Part shown: positions 11,932-25,286 of the stretch, in pieces
Layout of the letters: every line of letters begins with the position of its first letter
Numbering within the stretch: position 1 is the stretch's first letter
The notes under the pieces: generated by a model
What the model was told of the DNA's origin: nothing
The model's database searches: none
The model's input: only the letters and a program-made list of their open reading frames with translations
Source of the DNA: Octopus vulgaris
Taxonomy: Eukaryota
Reading direction: 5' to 3'
DNA: 64,000 nucleotides
Assembly: GCA_951406725.2 (NCBI GenBank)
Contig: OX597817.1
Coordinates: 66,154,001-66,218,000 of the forward strand
Translations under genes and position numbers: made by a program

Positions 11932-13076
11932 CAATATCAATTAAAGAATAGACATTAATATAGCCTTTTGGTTGGAAAACCAACTGCAGTGGTGGTCTCC
12001 TCAGAATTTAGAGTCCCATTGATCATTTAGTGCGTATCGTCGTCATTTTTTGGCAATGATGCATAGGAACGACAGCTAGTTCAAAATTTAATAACTCACT
12101 ATTTCGGTAGCTAAAAGGCACTAAATATTAAAATATAAAAGTTACAGGTAGCAAAGAATAGCCACTGAGCAAAAAGTCACATAAAGGGGTGTAAATATCA
12201 ATATATTTATTAACAACAAAAGAGGAGCTAACGTAATTGAATTAAAATCAAATTAACATAATTGCTTTCACACAATTACTTTTGATGTCCAAACAGCAGT
12301 TTCTCATGATTTATAAACATCTATGGGTCCAGTTTTCTTCAACAGTTTGCTAAGATGTTTATAATCATAACAATTTTCACTTCGGTAAAGTGCATGTGTG
12401 ATGTTCAAACTTTCTATGCTCATCTGATTTCATAAAATTCATATTGTTGAATACTCTGGACATTTCAGGAAATTATGTGGGAAAAGGAAAAGCGCTAAAG
12501 CTAATTTAGATAAATGTCCGAATTGGTATTAAACAGTCGAATGCGATGATACTACAATCCAGAAATAAACCGTTCATCGTACATAATTTTCTTTTTTTTT
12601 TTTTTTTTAGCTAAACATTAAAAATTGCAATTTAAAAATATAATATAATCAGTATGTTGAAAATTTATATATAAAAAATAACTGCAAGAATATTGTTATA
12701 CTCTACTGCTTTATAATATCAAAATGACTGTGATAGTCATATTTTACAACTTTTATTGTTACACTTGTTTATTCATTCAATGTCGATTTTGTTTTTTAAT
12801 GAAGCAGCAGGGGATTTCGGCCTTTCCAACGTGGGTCGTCGAGGTGTTAAGACGTGTGAAGACGTTGCTAAGGTTGGGTGAAGCAGCTGCTATCTTTAGC
12901 GTTCGGGTCGGGGCTGTGACGAAGGATCCGTTACCACTGAAGGGTCTCTATCGGAGCGAAGAGAAGGTAGGTGCCTTTATATATCAACTATCTCGCACAC
13001 ACCACAAGCTATTTCGGCGTTCCACGTAAGTCGTCACCACGACATCATCAGACCCTTCAATGGCGAAGGCGATGTA

Positions 13077-13760
13077 GTGGCCTGGATGCGGAAAATCAGG
13101 CTGGTGGCAAGACTGCAAGGTATAAGCGATGTGGCAAGTCTTATGGCGCTGTATTTAGAAGGGAGCGCGTTAACGCTATACCTTGAGATGGACGAGGAAG
13201 AACGTCTGAACGAGGAAAAAATAGAGCAACGATTGCGGGATGCATACACAGTATGTGAATACACAGCTTTTGCTAAGCTGTGTACGATTCGGTGGACGGG
13301 GGTACAAGTGGACGAGTATGCGGCAGAAGTTAGAAGGTTAGCGACGCTGGCTGGGTTAACGGGAGAAGGGCTGGAGCGAGCGGCGCGGCTGGCGTTCGTA
13401 AATGGGTTTCCCGACGATGTAGGGATTCACCTACAACGATTGCCCGGGATTAAAAAGATGGCACTGAGCGAACTGGTGACTCAAGCCCGCGTGTTGACGC
13501 GACAATCTGGGCGGAAGGCGATAGCGATGGCGGTGACGGAGGTGCGTAAAGACGGACGACGACCGGAGAGAGACGTACAGAAGCGGCCGTTCACAGGACG
13601 GTGTTTTAGATGCCAGGGGTCGCACATGGCGCGGGACTGCACGCAACTGGGGCCCGTTTGCTATCGATGCAGGCAGACAGGGCACATCGCTCGTGATTGC
13701 GACCAGAGAAACGACTGCGGGGAAGTTGCTGCCTCTCGAACTTTCCCCGCAAACGAGTAG
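13077..13760 (+). CDS. Gypsy Gag with two CCHC zinc knuckles
   Basis: CFRCQGSHMARDC and CYRCRQTGHIARDC. Confidence 0.85.
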   Translation: MAWMRKIRLVARLQGISDVASLMALYLEGSALTLYLEMDEEERLNEEKIEQRLRDAYTVCEYTAFAKLCTIRWTGVQVDEYAAEVRRLATLAGLTGEGLERAARLAFVNGFPDDVGIHLQRLPGIKKMALSELVTQARVLTRQSGRKAIAMAVTEVRKDGRRPERDVQKRPFTGRCFRCQGSHMARDCTQLGPVCYRCRQTGHIARDCDQRNDCGEVAASRTFPANE

Positions 13761-16350
13761 AAGCGCTATTGGAGACGCTGCCATTAATTGACGTGGAAGC
13801 CGAGGGGAAGACGTTCAAGGCCCTCGTGGATACGGGCTGTACGACCACCCTTGTGACTTCAAGGGTGACGAAGGAATGGAACGGGGCTAGTAGCGTCCGG
13901 GCGGTCGACGGCAGCGAAATCCGTTGCAGAGGCAGCAGCAAGGTAGAGATAGTGGTGCGCGGCGCGACGCTAAGGATGCAGGTAATTGTGACTGAACACG
14001 TGATAGATGGTGTTGATGTGGTGATGGGGATGGACGCCATTAACTGCCTTGGTGGCGTTGGTGTTGTGGGAAATGAGGTCACGTTCGGAAGCGTGGGTGG
14101 GTCGTGCACTGCGAGCCAGGATCGCCAGAGAGAGCAGAGCCCCGCGAGGGACTGCGCCGCTTACACTATCGAGGAAAAAGACTTTCAGGCGGTGGACGAT
14201 AGAGTGGCGATGGAAGGACGAGCCCCCGATGCTGGAAAACAGGGTGAGCTGTTACCAACATACCCTGAAAGGCCACGCCAGGGTTGAGTTTGAAGACGGG
14301 GTGGAGAGGTGGATCGAGGAAGGGTCCTTGTCCCTTGGAAGGAGGAGGTAACGGGCGGAGTGCTACCCCTGATGGCGGTGGTGCAGCCTACGAAGGGAAA
14401 AGTCAGACCGGTGTTGGACTTCAGGGAGCTAAACCAGCATATATCGTGTCACACGGGAGGTGAGGCGACAGACGTATGTGGCGAGACGTTACGTGCGTGG
14501 AGACAGTCGACCGAGGCAGCGACGATTGTCGACTTGAAATCGACATACTTGCAGCTCCATGTGAGCGACAAACTGTGGCGATATCAGCTGGTGCGGTACA
14601 AAGGCCGGACGTACCGTTTAACCAGGCTGGGGTTCGGGCTGAATTTTGCTCCGAAGATCATGGCGGCAGTGCTTAAGTCCGTCCTAGGGAAAGACGGCAA
14701 GATTAGAAAGGCCACCAGCTCCTACATTGACGACATTTTGGTGGACGAAACTGTAGTGCCAGCCAACGAGGTAGTTAGACATCTGGCGAAGTTTGGACTG
14801 ATTGCGAAGCCACCAGAGTCGATGGAAGGGGGATCCGCGCTGGGGCTGAAGCTGCGAAGAGATAGATCGGGTGAATTGGTGTTCCGGAGAGGGAATGAAA
14901 TCCCAGAGCTGAGTTCCAGCGTCAGCAGGAGAGAGCTGTTCTCGGTGTGTGGGAAGTTGGTCGGTCACTACCCGATCGCCGGATGGCTGCGCACGGCGTG
15001 TAGTTACACCAAGAGACGAGCAGCGGGGGAGAGTTGGGGCGACAAGGTGGGGGAAGGGACGGTGGCGATGATGCAGGAAATCCTAGAGAGGACGAGAGCG
15101 GAAGACCCGGTCAGGGGGAACTGGTACGTTCCCAAGACGGAATGCGGGACCGTCTGGTGTGATGCTAGCAGTATAGCGATAGGGGTTGTGTTGGCAATCG
15201 AAGGTGCTGCGGTGGAGGACGCGGCCTGGCTTCGGAAAGCAGATGATTTCAAACACATCAATGTCGCCGAATTAGACGCGGTGCTGAAAGGGGTGAACTT
15301 GGCCCTGAAATGGGGGTTGCGCACAATTGAGATCCGCACGGATTCGGCCACTGTGCTTGGCTGGGTAGGATCGGTGATCACCGGTGAAAGGAGAGTGCGG
15401 ACGAAAGGTGCCGCGGAGATGTTAGTGAAGCGCCGTCTAGGAGTTCTAGGTGAATTGATCGCCGAGTTCGGACTGAAGCTGAATGTGGTTTTCGTGCCTT
15501 CGGAGAAAAACAGGGCAGACGCACTGACCAGGGTGAAAAGAGCGTGGTTGGAAGAACCGGAGGAGGCCCGGAAAGGGATAGCTGCGGCGTGTCGGTTGGA
15601 TGACTCCGAACTGAAGAGACTGCACGCTATGCATCACCTGGGTGTGGACAGGACTCTGTATCTGGCGAAGAAAATTGATGCTGACGTCACTAGGAGAAGC
15701 ATCCGGAAGGTGGTTGGGAGCTGCGACAGGTGTGGGCATGAACAGGGAAGCCTTTCGGAGGAGCAGAACTGGAAAAGGCTAGCTGTGGATGTGACACTCT
15801 ACCGTCAGGGAATTACCTCTCCATGGTCGACTGCGGGTCAGACCGGCTAGCCATTTGAAGGGAGTTAAGAACGGACATTGCTGTCGAGATCGCGCAGATC
15901 CTGAACGGGATATTTTTAGAGAGAGAACTACTGATGGACACCGGGGCGGCGTTTCGTTCGGAAGCATTGAGGGTTATGCTTGATCGGTGGAATGTGCGTC
16001 GCTTGTTCAGAGCAGCGTATAGGCCGAGTGGTAACGGGATCGTGGAGAGGCACCATTGGACAGTCAAGGCCATAGCGGAAAGAGGGCACATTTCGCCGCT
16101 TGAAGCAGTTTTTTGGTACAACTTGTCTCCCCAATCCGGGTAAGCTGAGGAATCTGCGCCGCAGAGAGCTGTGTTTAAATATGAATGGAGGCACCCGAGC
16201 AAAGCGCCGGAGGGTCACGAGGAAGAGAAGGGACCCGTTCGCGTGAAAATAGGGGAGGAAGTCTGGGTTAAGCCACCAAAAGCGCGCTGTACGTCTCAAT
16301 GGAGCAGAGGAACGGTGACGGCGGTCAATTCCAGAAACACGTCTTGTACC
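13697..16350 (+). pseudogene. Gypsy Pol (protease, RT, RNase H, integrase), interrupted by frameshifts and stops
   Basis: LVDTG; RPVLDFRELN; YIDD; WCDASS; AELDA; RTDS; NRADALTR; HHLG; DTGAAF; YRPSGNGIVER. Confidence 0.9.
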
Positions 16351-17339
16351 TTCACAGGATTGTCGCTTCGACCGACGACGATTCTGGAGAGGGGGAGAAC
16401 GAGGTGCCCAGCTTGAGAAGATCTCGACGCGCAAGGCGCCCTCCCGGTTGGATGGTGGACTACGACATGGAGCGGAGAGATTGTGATCTTTAAGATGAGG
16501 GTGGCGTGTGGGATGACGTCAGCAGCTGGGTGCATTGACCGGAAGCTGGGGCAACCGGAAGGGGCAGCAGTGAGGCGTGCGCAGGCAGCGGGGATTTCGG
16601 CCTTTCCAACGTGGGTCGTCGAGGTGTTAAGACGTGTGAAGACGTTGCTAAGGTTGGGTGAAGCAGCTGCTATCTTTAGCGTTCGGGTCGGGGCTGTGAC
16701 GAAGGATCCGTTACCACTGAAGGGTCTCTATCGGAGCGAAGAGAAGGTAGGTGCCTTTATCTATCAACTATCTCGCACACACCACAGAACAAACATAAAA
16801 GTTTGCATGGATTGCGGGTTTTGCGCTTGTATATAATGAAGGGATTAAAAGTATTTCAAAAACGTTTATAAGAATAAATTATTTTTATATTTAGTGTAAT
16901 TTGTCCTACGAATATTTCAAATCTATAATGATTTTTATTGTCTCTAATATTCTGATGATGATTGAAATTCCTGGAGAAATGTGGAAATTTGTACAACAGC
17001 AAATTCTGAGTGCGTAGTTGAAATGACATGCGACCTAAATTTAGGTAAGAAAATTCCGAATTCAATTCTGATTTCACTTCAGTGGAAAAGTACTCAATGT
17101 AACATTACATTTAATACTAAAAAAAAGAAAGAGAAGGCATTGAAATCACGTGAGTGCGCATGTGTGTGTGTGTGTGTCCGTCCGTGTATATACGCGCATG
17201 TGGACGTATGTGCATAGGTTTGGTCGTGCATGCGTATGTATGAGTGTTTGTACCGATGAGTTTTGTCCTGGGCCGGGAATTAAATTCTGGATTATCTGCC
17301 GATGGCTTTGTGCGGGAATAAACAAAACTTACGTGTGAG

Positions 17340-17380
<41 letters not shown>

Positions 17381-17778
17381 CGTGCGTGCATGCATGCATG
17401 CGTGTGTATGTTTGTTTGTCAGTGTATGAGTTTTATCGAGGACCGAGACACAAATTCTGGATGAGCTGTCGATAGCTTTGTGCAGGCACAAGCAAAAAAT
17501 AAACGTCAGTCTAACGGCCTTGACATCATCAAACAAAGGTCACTTCTGTATAAAGTCATATACCAAACATAGGAAAACAGAAATATGATATAAAAACTAC
17601 ATATTCGGCATTCTTGAATTAGTTAAACAATTAAATATATACAACCGATGCACAGCCACCTAAGAAATCTATTGCTACTATTCACGGGAATTAATGAATA
17701 ACAATAAAGTGAAAAGCAATATCAGTGATTGTATAGGGTTGATTTTCTGTTAAGTTGACAAATGGCGTTAGTTACAGT

Positions 17779-17918
17779 AGCTTTGCGCAGAGGCGGTACC
17801 ATGGCCAATGAGGTAAATCCGAGGCGTGGTTATTGCTAGTTGAAAACTATTCCCAATACCCCGCGTTGCTATCCATAATAGATAGCAAACGCAATTTTTA
17901 CTCACCTCTGAGGAGGTG
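17779..17918 (+). ncRNA. U4: U4 snRNA, array variant, copy 3
   Basis: Full length and the same as copy 1, with upstream element and 3' box. Confidence 0.93.
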
Positions 17919-18884
17919 CAATATCAATTAAAGAATAGACATTAATATAGCCTTTTGGTTGGAAAACTTACTGCAGTGGTGGTCTCCTCAGAACTTAGAG
18001 TCCCATTGATCATTTAGTGCATATCGTCGTCATTTTTTGGCAATGATGCATAGGAACGACAGCTAGTTCAAAATTTAATAACTCACTATTTCGGTAGCTA
18101 AAAGGTACTAAATATTGAAATATAAAAGTTAGGTATCAAAGAATAGCCACTGAGCAAAAAACCACATATAGGGGTGTAAATATTAGTATATTTATTGAAA
18201 ACAAAAGAGGAACTAACGTAATTAAATTAAAATCAAATTAACATAATTGCTTTCACACAATTTCTTTTGGTGTAACATCAATGGATCCAATTTTCTTCAA
18301 CAGTTTGCTAAGATGTTTATAATCATAACAACAATTTTCACTTCACTGCGGTAAAGTGCATGTTAGATGGTGCAATATCAATTAAAGAATAGACATTAAT
18401 ATAGCCTTTTAGTCGGAAAACCTATTGCAATCGTTCTCTGTTTAAATGATTCCCTTAACTTAGAGTCCCATTGACCATTTAGTGCGTATCGTCGTCATTT
18501 TTTGGCATGATGCATAGGAACGACTGCCAATACAAACTTTTATAACTTACTATTTCGATAGCTAAATATTAAAACATAACAGGGTATACATATCAAAATA
18601 TTTGTTTAAAATAAAAAAGGAACTATCGTAATTAAATTGAAATCGAATTAACATAATTGCTTTCACACAATTTCTGTTCCTTTTCTTTTGATGTCCAAAG
18701 AGCAGTTTCTCATGATTTATAAACATCTATGGCCCTGTTTTTTTTTTGTTTTTGTTTTTTTCAACAGTTTGCTAAGACGTTTATGATCATAACGACAATT
18801 GTCACTTCGGTAATGTGCATGTGAGATGTTCAAATTTTCTTAGTGTTCAAACTTTCTATGCTCATCTGATTTCTTAAATTATGT

Positions 18885-18931
18885 GGCGGTTACCATGAGG
18901 TAAATCCGAGGCGTGGTTATTGCTAGTTGAA
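18885..18931 (+). pseudogene. Internal U4 fragment patched into the spacer
   Basis: ggcggt..catgaggtaaatccgaggcgtggttattgctagttgaa; absent from the homologous site near 8280. Confidence 0.75.
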
Positions 18932-19226
18932 TACTCTGTCAATTAAAGAATAGACGTTAATATAGCCTTTTGGTTGGAAAACCTACTGCAGTGGTGGTCT
19001 CCTCAGAAAGTCAGCATATTATGTGGTAAAATGCAAAGTGCTAAAGCTAATTTACACTAATGTCCGAATTAACATTACATAGTTGAATGCGATGATACTC
19101 CAATCCAGAAATAAACTGTTCTTCGGACATTTGAATTTTCTTTTATAGCTAAACACTAAAAATTGCAATTTAAAAATGAATCAGTATGTTGAAACGGTAT
19201 ATATAAAAATTAACAGCAAGAATATT

Positions 19227-20975
19227 ATTTACAATTGATGGATATTTGTCCTCATCTTGTTTGTTGTTAACACAACGTTTCGGCTGATATACCCTCAAGC
19301 ATTAATCTGGTGTCTTGGGGAAATTTCGAACCTGGGTTCTCATTCCTAAGGTATTTTTCGATGTTGTTATTATTAAGGTCACTGCCTGGAATCGAACTTG
19401 GAGTTAGTAGCCAGCGCTCTTAACCCTACGCCATATGCCAGTGGACAATTATGGAGTGAATTTTAGGACTCATAAGTCTAATATTCTCCTATCCTTCCTT
19501 GATACCGGTTCCCATATGCTGTTCATATCTGCACTTGGTCTGCTTAGGAGGTTCTCGTATTTTCCAGTGGTGTTCTCTGTCTATTATTTTAACTTTATCC
19601 CACAGGGGGAGGTGGTCTTCATTTTTCCATACATGATCAGCTATACCCGATTTATCAATATCTCCTCGTGTCACAGCTTTGCGATGTTTCTCTATCATTA
19701 TTTTGAAAGGGCGGCATGTTTCGCCTTTGTATAACCTACCACAGCTGCATGTGATGGAGTACACACAGTTCTTAGTCATATTCTCTTCTGTTGGTGGTTT
19801 TACTCGAAAGAGATATTTGCGAAGTGTTATATTACTTTTGAATACTGTCCTGATGTCATATGGGCTACATATCTTTTGTATCTTTTCGGAGAGGCTTTTC
19901 ACATAGGGTAGACAGACTGTGGACAGTTTATTGGTTTTATCCGCTCTTTTATTCATAATTGGAGTGGAGAGAATGCTTTTGGGGTAGTTGATGCTCAATA
20001 GAGTGTTACTGAGCTTAATCAATTCTTCGTGGTGGGTATCACGATCGCTACTTATATTCATTGCTCGATGTTTTAGGCACTGAGCAATCCATATCTTTAC
20101 ACTGTATGGATGACGGGAGTTGAAGTTGAGATATCGTCCAGTGAAGGTCGGCTTGCGGTATACGGATGTCCTGAATAATTACTTGGTGCGTATAATTAAT
20201 ACGTCCAGGAATGCTAGCTGATTGTCTTTTTCTTTTTCCATTGTGAACTGTATGGATGGCTTTATTGAGTTCACATGATCTAACAGCACTGGGACATCTT
20301 CCTGGTGAGGCCAGAGTATGAAGGTGTCATCAACATATCGCAACCATAGGGTTGGTTTTAGTGTTGTTGATCCTAAAGTCAAATTCTCAAAGTATTCCAT
20401 TATATATTGGCTATTATCGGTGATAATAGCGAACCAATAGCTAAACCCTCTTCTTGTTGATATATAGCAGTGTCCATATTTAAGTAGGTAGTTTCTACAC
20501 AGAAGGTTAACATTTCCATCAAGTTTCTTATTGGTATACTAGTGCGTTCTTTTAGATGGATGACTGTCACTACACCAGTTAGGACTTTAGTGAACAGACT
20601 TATCACATCTAGACTCACCATCTGGTTGTATTCATCCACTGAGCCGCGTCCTTGTGGATATAATCAGTCCATTAGCAGAACAGTCAACATCGTACGTGAA
20701 GAATTCCACCCACTTCACAGAATTGATCAAGGATACTCCCATTGAATCAAGCCAGATGGTGAGTCTAGATGTGATATCAACAACACCAACAACAACAACA
20801 TCGAAAAATACCTTAAGAATGAGAACCCATGTTCGAAATTTCCCCAAGACACCTGATGAAGACTGGGGGTATATTAGCCGAAAAGTTTTGTTAACAACAA
20901 TATAGATGAAGACAAATATCCGTCAACTGTAAATAACGTAAATAATGTACATAATTCCTCATCTCTTATATATAG
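19227..20975 (-). mobile_element. Penelope-like element, copy B (co-duplicated with the array block)
   Basis: Same TSD (19212-19226 / 20976-20990) and same RT/GIY-YIG fragments; lacks the solo LTR; has two small deletions. Confidence 0.9.
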
Positions 20976-21887
20976 AACAGCAAGAATATTGTTATACTCT
21001 GCTACTTTACTTTATCAAATTGACTGCAATAGTCATATTTTACAACTTTTTCTGTTCCATAAAAATTTTTTTTTGTTTTTTGTTTTTGAAATCGTAATCG
21101 AATGGGCCAAAGGCATAAGTAATTCTCGGCGAGAACAAACAAAAGTTTGCATAGATAATGGGGTTTTATCTTCATTATATATAATGAGAGAATTAAAAGT
21201 ATTTCAAAAACGTTTCTAAAAATGAATTATTTTTATATTCAATGTCATTTGTCCTCTGAATATTTCAAATCTATAATGATTTTCAATTGTTTTTAATATT
21301 CTGAAGATGCCTAAAATTTCCGTAGAAAGGTGGAAATTTGCGCCATGGCAAATTCCGTGTGCGCAGTGGAAGTGCCATGCGGCCTAAATTTAGGTAGGAA
21401 TAATTCTGAATTAAATTCTGATTTCACTTCCGTAGAAAAGTACTCAATATAACACTAAACTTAATAATTAGAAAAGCAGAGAAAGCATTGGAATTACCTC
21501 TGTGTGTGCGTGTATATGTGTGTTTGTCAGTGTATGAGTTTTGTCGAGGACCCAGATACAAATTCTGGATGAGCAACCGATGGCTTTGTGCAGGTATAAA
21601 CAGAAAAATAAACGTCAGTCTAATGGCCTTGACATCATCAAACAAAGGTCACTTCTGTATGAAGTCATATACCAAACATATGGAAACAGAAATATGATAT
21701 AAAAACTACATATTTGGCATTCTTGTATTAGTTAAACAATTAAATATATACAACCGATGCACAGCCACTAAAGAAATCTATGGCTACTATTCACGGGAAT
21801 TAATGAATAACAATAAAGTGAAAAGCAATATCAGTGATTGTATAGGGTTGATTTTCTGTTAAGTTGACAAATGGCGTTATTTTCGGT

Positions 21888-22027
21888 AGCTTTGCGCAGA
21901 GGCGGTACCATGGCCAATGAGGTAAATCCGAGGCGTGGTTATTGCTAGTTGAAAACTATTCCCAATACCCCGCGTTGCTATCCATAATAGATAGCAAACG
22001 CAATTTTTACTCACCTCTGAGGAGGTG
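21888..22027 (+). ncRNA. U4: U4 snRNA, array variant, copy 4
   Basis: Full length and the same as copy 1. Confidence 0.93.
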
Positions 22028-22822
22028 CAATATCAATTAAAGAATAGACATTAATATAGCCTTTTGGTTGGATAATCTACTGCAGTTGTTGTATCAGTCG
22101 TTCTCTGTTTAAATGGTCTCCTCAGAACTTGATCATTTATTGCGTATCGTCGTCATTTTTTACAATGATGCATAGGAACGACTGCCAATTGAAAATTTAA
22201 TAACTTACTATTTCGATAGCTAAAAGACAATAAAGATTAAAACATAAAAGTGACAACTATCAAAAAGAAGTACTCAATGTAAACACTAGATATAATAATA
22301 ATAAAAAAAAAGAGAAAGCATTGAAATTACGTAGGCACGTATAATGTGATCGTGTGTGGGCGCTCATACGTGCATGTGTGTGAGTTTTGTCGAGGACTGG
22401 GTATTAAATTCTGAATGAGCTGCCGATAGCTTTGTGCAGGCATAAACAGAAGAAATATGCGTCAGTCTAATGGCCTTGATATCATCAAACAACTCATAAC
22501 CACGTAAGAGCACTTTTCTAACGGCTGACAAGGGAGACACACTCCCTCCCTACCTTGTGTGTGTGTGTTTGCAGGGCTGGGATGGACGGTTTGATGGGAT
22601 CGGGCAAGTCCGATCTCTTTCGCTGGACCGGGGCGTAAACAAACTAGCACCGGTAGTCAAACGGCAGCTACACATTCAGATAGACACATACTCACACTAA
22701 TATATAAATCAAAAGACGCTTGCACAATATGCCGCGCAGTGGGGTTAAATCTGAGACCACGTTTGAGATGCAGACTTCTTAACAAAACAGCTACAAACAA
22801 CATAAATGTATGTTTGTCTCTC

Positions 22823-22999
22823 CAGCATCGCTTGACAACTGATGCTGGTGTGTTTGTGTCCCCGTAACTTAGCGGTTCGGCAAAAGAGACCGATAGAAAA
22901 AGTACTAGGCTTACAAAGCATAAGTCCTGTGGGCGATTTGCTCGACTAAAGACGGTGCTCCAGCATGGCCGCAGTCAAATGACTGAAACAAGTAAAAGA
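22823..22999 (+). mobile_element. Cephalopod-type SINE, 3' part
   Basis: ...gcggttcggcaaaagagaccgatag...gctccagcatggccgcagtcaaatgactgaaacaagtaaaaga; inverted relatives at ~36591-36775 and ~38677-39960. Confidence 0.7.
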
Positions 23000-23296
23000 G
23001 TATATATAAATTATATATACATACGTATATGTACATACATCTATACGTATATATATGTATGTATATATATAGAGATAGAGTGTGTTAGGTGTGACTTACA
23101 GAAATTGAATATTGAGAAAAAAAGTTCGTTATTATTAACGCTTTCGTTCCTTTCTCGAGCTTATCAAATAAAAATTTGTGAATGTACTAACAGCTTGTTC
23201 ATTTATATAAAAAATTTTTTTTGTTTTCGTGGGGGGTTGTTTAGAAGAGAACATTGTTTTTGTTTTTTGGGGTGAGGTTCCATGACAATGGAGATG

Positions 23297-23297
<1 letters not shown>

Positions 23298-23380
<83 letters not shown>
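23298..23380. repeat. (GATA)n microsatellite
   Basis: Direct observation. Confidence 0.95.
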
Positions 23381-23382
<2 letters not shown>

Positions 23383-23543
23383 CAGACAGACTGACAGAGA
23401 AGGGGTAACCCCCTTCCTATTCAGCATTCATTCATTTATTTATTTATTTAGTCCTTTACCATTGTATTGGAATGGATTTAAGGATGGTGACCATATAAAT
23501 CTCTGTGTGTGTATGTATGTATATATATGTATATGTATATATG

Positions 23544-23663
<120 letters not shown>

Positions 23664-24341
23664 GATGTATTAAACTGATGCTTAATAAAACTACTTTCAA
23701 GTATTTACAAATTCGTTTCGCTTTGGGATACCCATGTTTAATTTTATACAATCTCGGCATCACACTTTCTTTTCGTTTTCCGTTACTTCTACGTCCCTGG
23801 AACGAAAGGCAACCTATTTCATTATTTAACTGTTTTAAAAATTGACTTATCATTAATAGTATTAAATAATATTTTCATTTTCCGAAACATTTTCTTCACA
23901 TGAATATGTTCTCTAATAGTAATGAATTATTTAGTAAAGCGAGTCCCACCTTTTTACATTTCTGGTTTTTACGTTCCAATTGTAATAATTCAGAACATAG
24001 TCAAATTCTCCCGCATGTCACACCCTGTTATTTTAAAGGTGCATTGGATAATGTAGTCGTGTATTTGGATCATGAGGTTGCTGGATCAGAACCGACCTGG
24101 AGCTAAAAACAATTACAAGTGGTAAACTTATGTGTGTTAATGTTTATGTACTCTTGCTGTTCAACATGCTAGAAATAACAGCTTCATTTATCTTCAATAC
24201 ATATATTTTCGTCGTTAAGGTTAGTCCTATTTGGCTTAAAAAAAAAAAAAGATGGAAAGGTCACTGTTGACTCTTACAAAAGACTAGATGGTTACATTTG
24301 AATCCCTAATCATGGTTGAAACACTTAATAAATGACATGTC

Positions 24342-24736
24342 GGATCTTTTCAGTTTGAACGGCAGTTTTTTAAAATAATTTCCACGTAACTAAACACTTT
24401 TAAACTTCGTATACTGGTTGAATGTGTTTATAAAACATCTTTTTCTCTTGGCTTTATTGGGAAGATTCAATAGTTTGTAAGATATTTATTGTTGTTTTTT
24501 CTTCAATTTCAACCAATCAATGACGTCTATTGAGGTAAAAAAATTCTGTGCCCTATGAATATGTCCTTCGTTTAAGAAACAGGTTGGGTTTATTTACATT
24601 TGTGAAGAAAAAAAGATACCCTTACCCCCACCCCTAAAACATTGAAATGCAATAGATCGATAGTAGGGTCATAATTGTGGGTGACAATTTCATATGACAT
24701 CGCTAGAAAAAACTGCCGTTCAAACCGAAAAGATCC
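24342..24736. mobile_element. MITE with ~29-bp TIRs
   Basis: ggatcttttcagtttgaacggcagtttttt ... aaaaaactgccgttcaaaccgaaaagatcc. Confidence 0.8.
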
Positions 24737-25286
24737 GACGTTTTCGCACAGACGCAAATGAATCAGGCGATTTATTTTCCATTTTAAAACGTTTGTTTTT
24801 CAGTCGCTAAAGCAAAGTATACCCAAAATTAGATGACTGGTCTTATTGTCCAGAGAGCCAGCAGTGAATGATGGAATTGATAAAGCTTCGAACACTATAC
24901 CTTACGCCGAATTCAAATCCCGATGAAGATTAAAAAGCATTTCTCCTGCGGATAGGCGAATTAATCAGTATTGCAATAATCTGCAAGTCGAAATAAAAAT
25001 ACGGGAGTGTGTTACCAGTTAATGAAATGTATTTATCTGTATTGTACTGATCCACTGGATTGTAATAAATAATGATATTCCATTTTTAACAATCGAGAGG
25101 CCCTCAGTGTGGTTAATCGATGTGCTAGATATAACAGCGAATACTGCATAATCTACCATGCGTAAATTAGCAGGGACACTAGTAAACAAATTCAAAAACA
25201 ACGAACAACTTAGTTATAGGTTTACCTGGGTTATCATCTCTGCAACTTACAAATAAAATTACAATCTATTATTACATTGATTTCTA

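Larger units (their letters stand above)
12804..16786 (+). mobile_element. Ty3/Gypsy LTR retrotransposon, near full length, decayed
   Basis: 5' LTR 12804-13006 (5'-truncated); 3' LTR 16507-16786 (TGTGG...CCACA); purine-rich PPT before 16507; domain order gag-PR-RT-RH-IN. Confidence 0.93.
5595..22490 (+). repeat. Degenerate tandem array of U4 snRNA gene units (basic unit ~1.75 kb; higher-order duplicate ~6720-11990 vs ~17130-22085)
   Basis: Recurring blocks such as gcataagtaattctc, aaacgtcagtcta..ggccttgacatcatcaaac, the U4 body and gtcgtcattttttggcaatgatgcatagg. Confidence 0.9.

Noticed and set aside
13431-16434. Antisense ORFs within the Gypsy element
   Set aside because: Expected shadows of GC-rich coding sequence
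5903-21697. Repeated small ORFs (MFDDVKA..., MELPLCVRV...)
   Set aside because: By-products of the U4 spacer repeat and its microsatellites; frames are not conserved between copies and there is no domain
5595-22490. CRISPR-like repeat array
   Set aside because: Units are kb-scale with homologous, not unique, spacers; no cas genes; eukaryotic context
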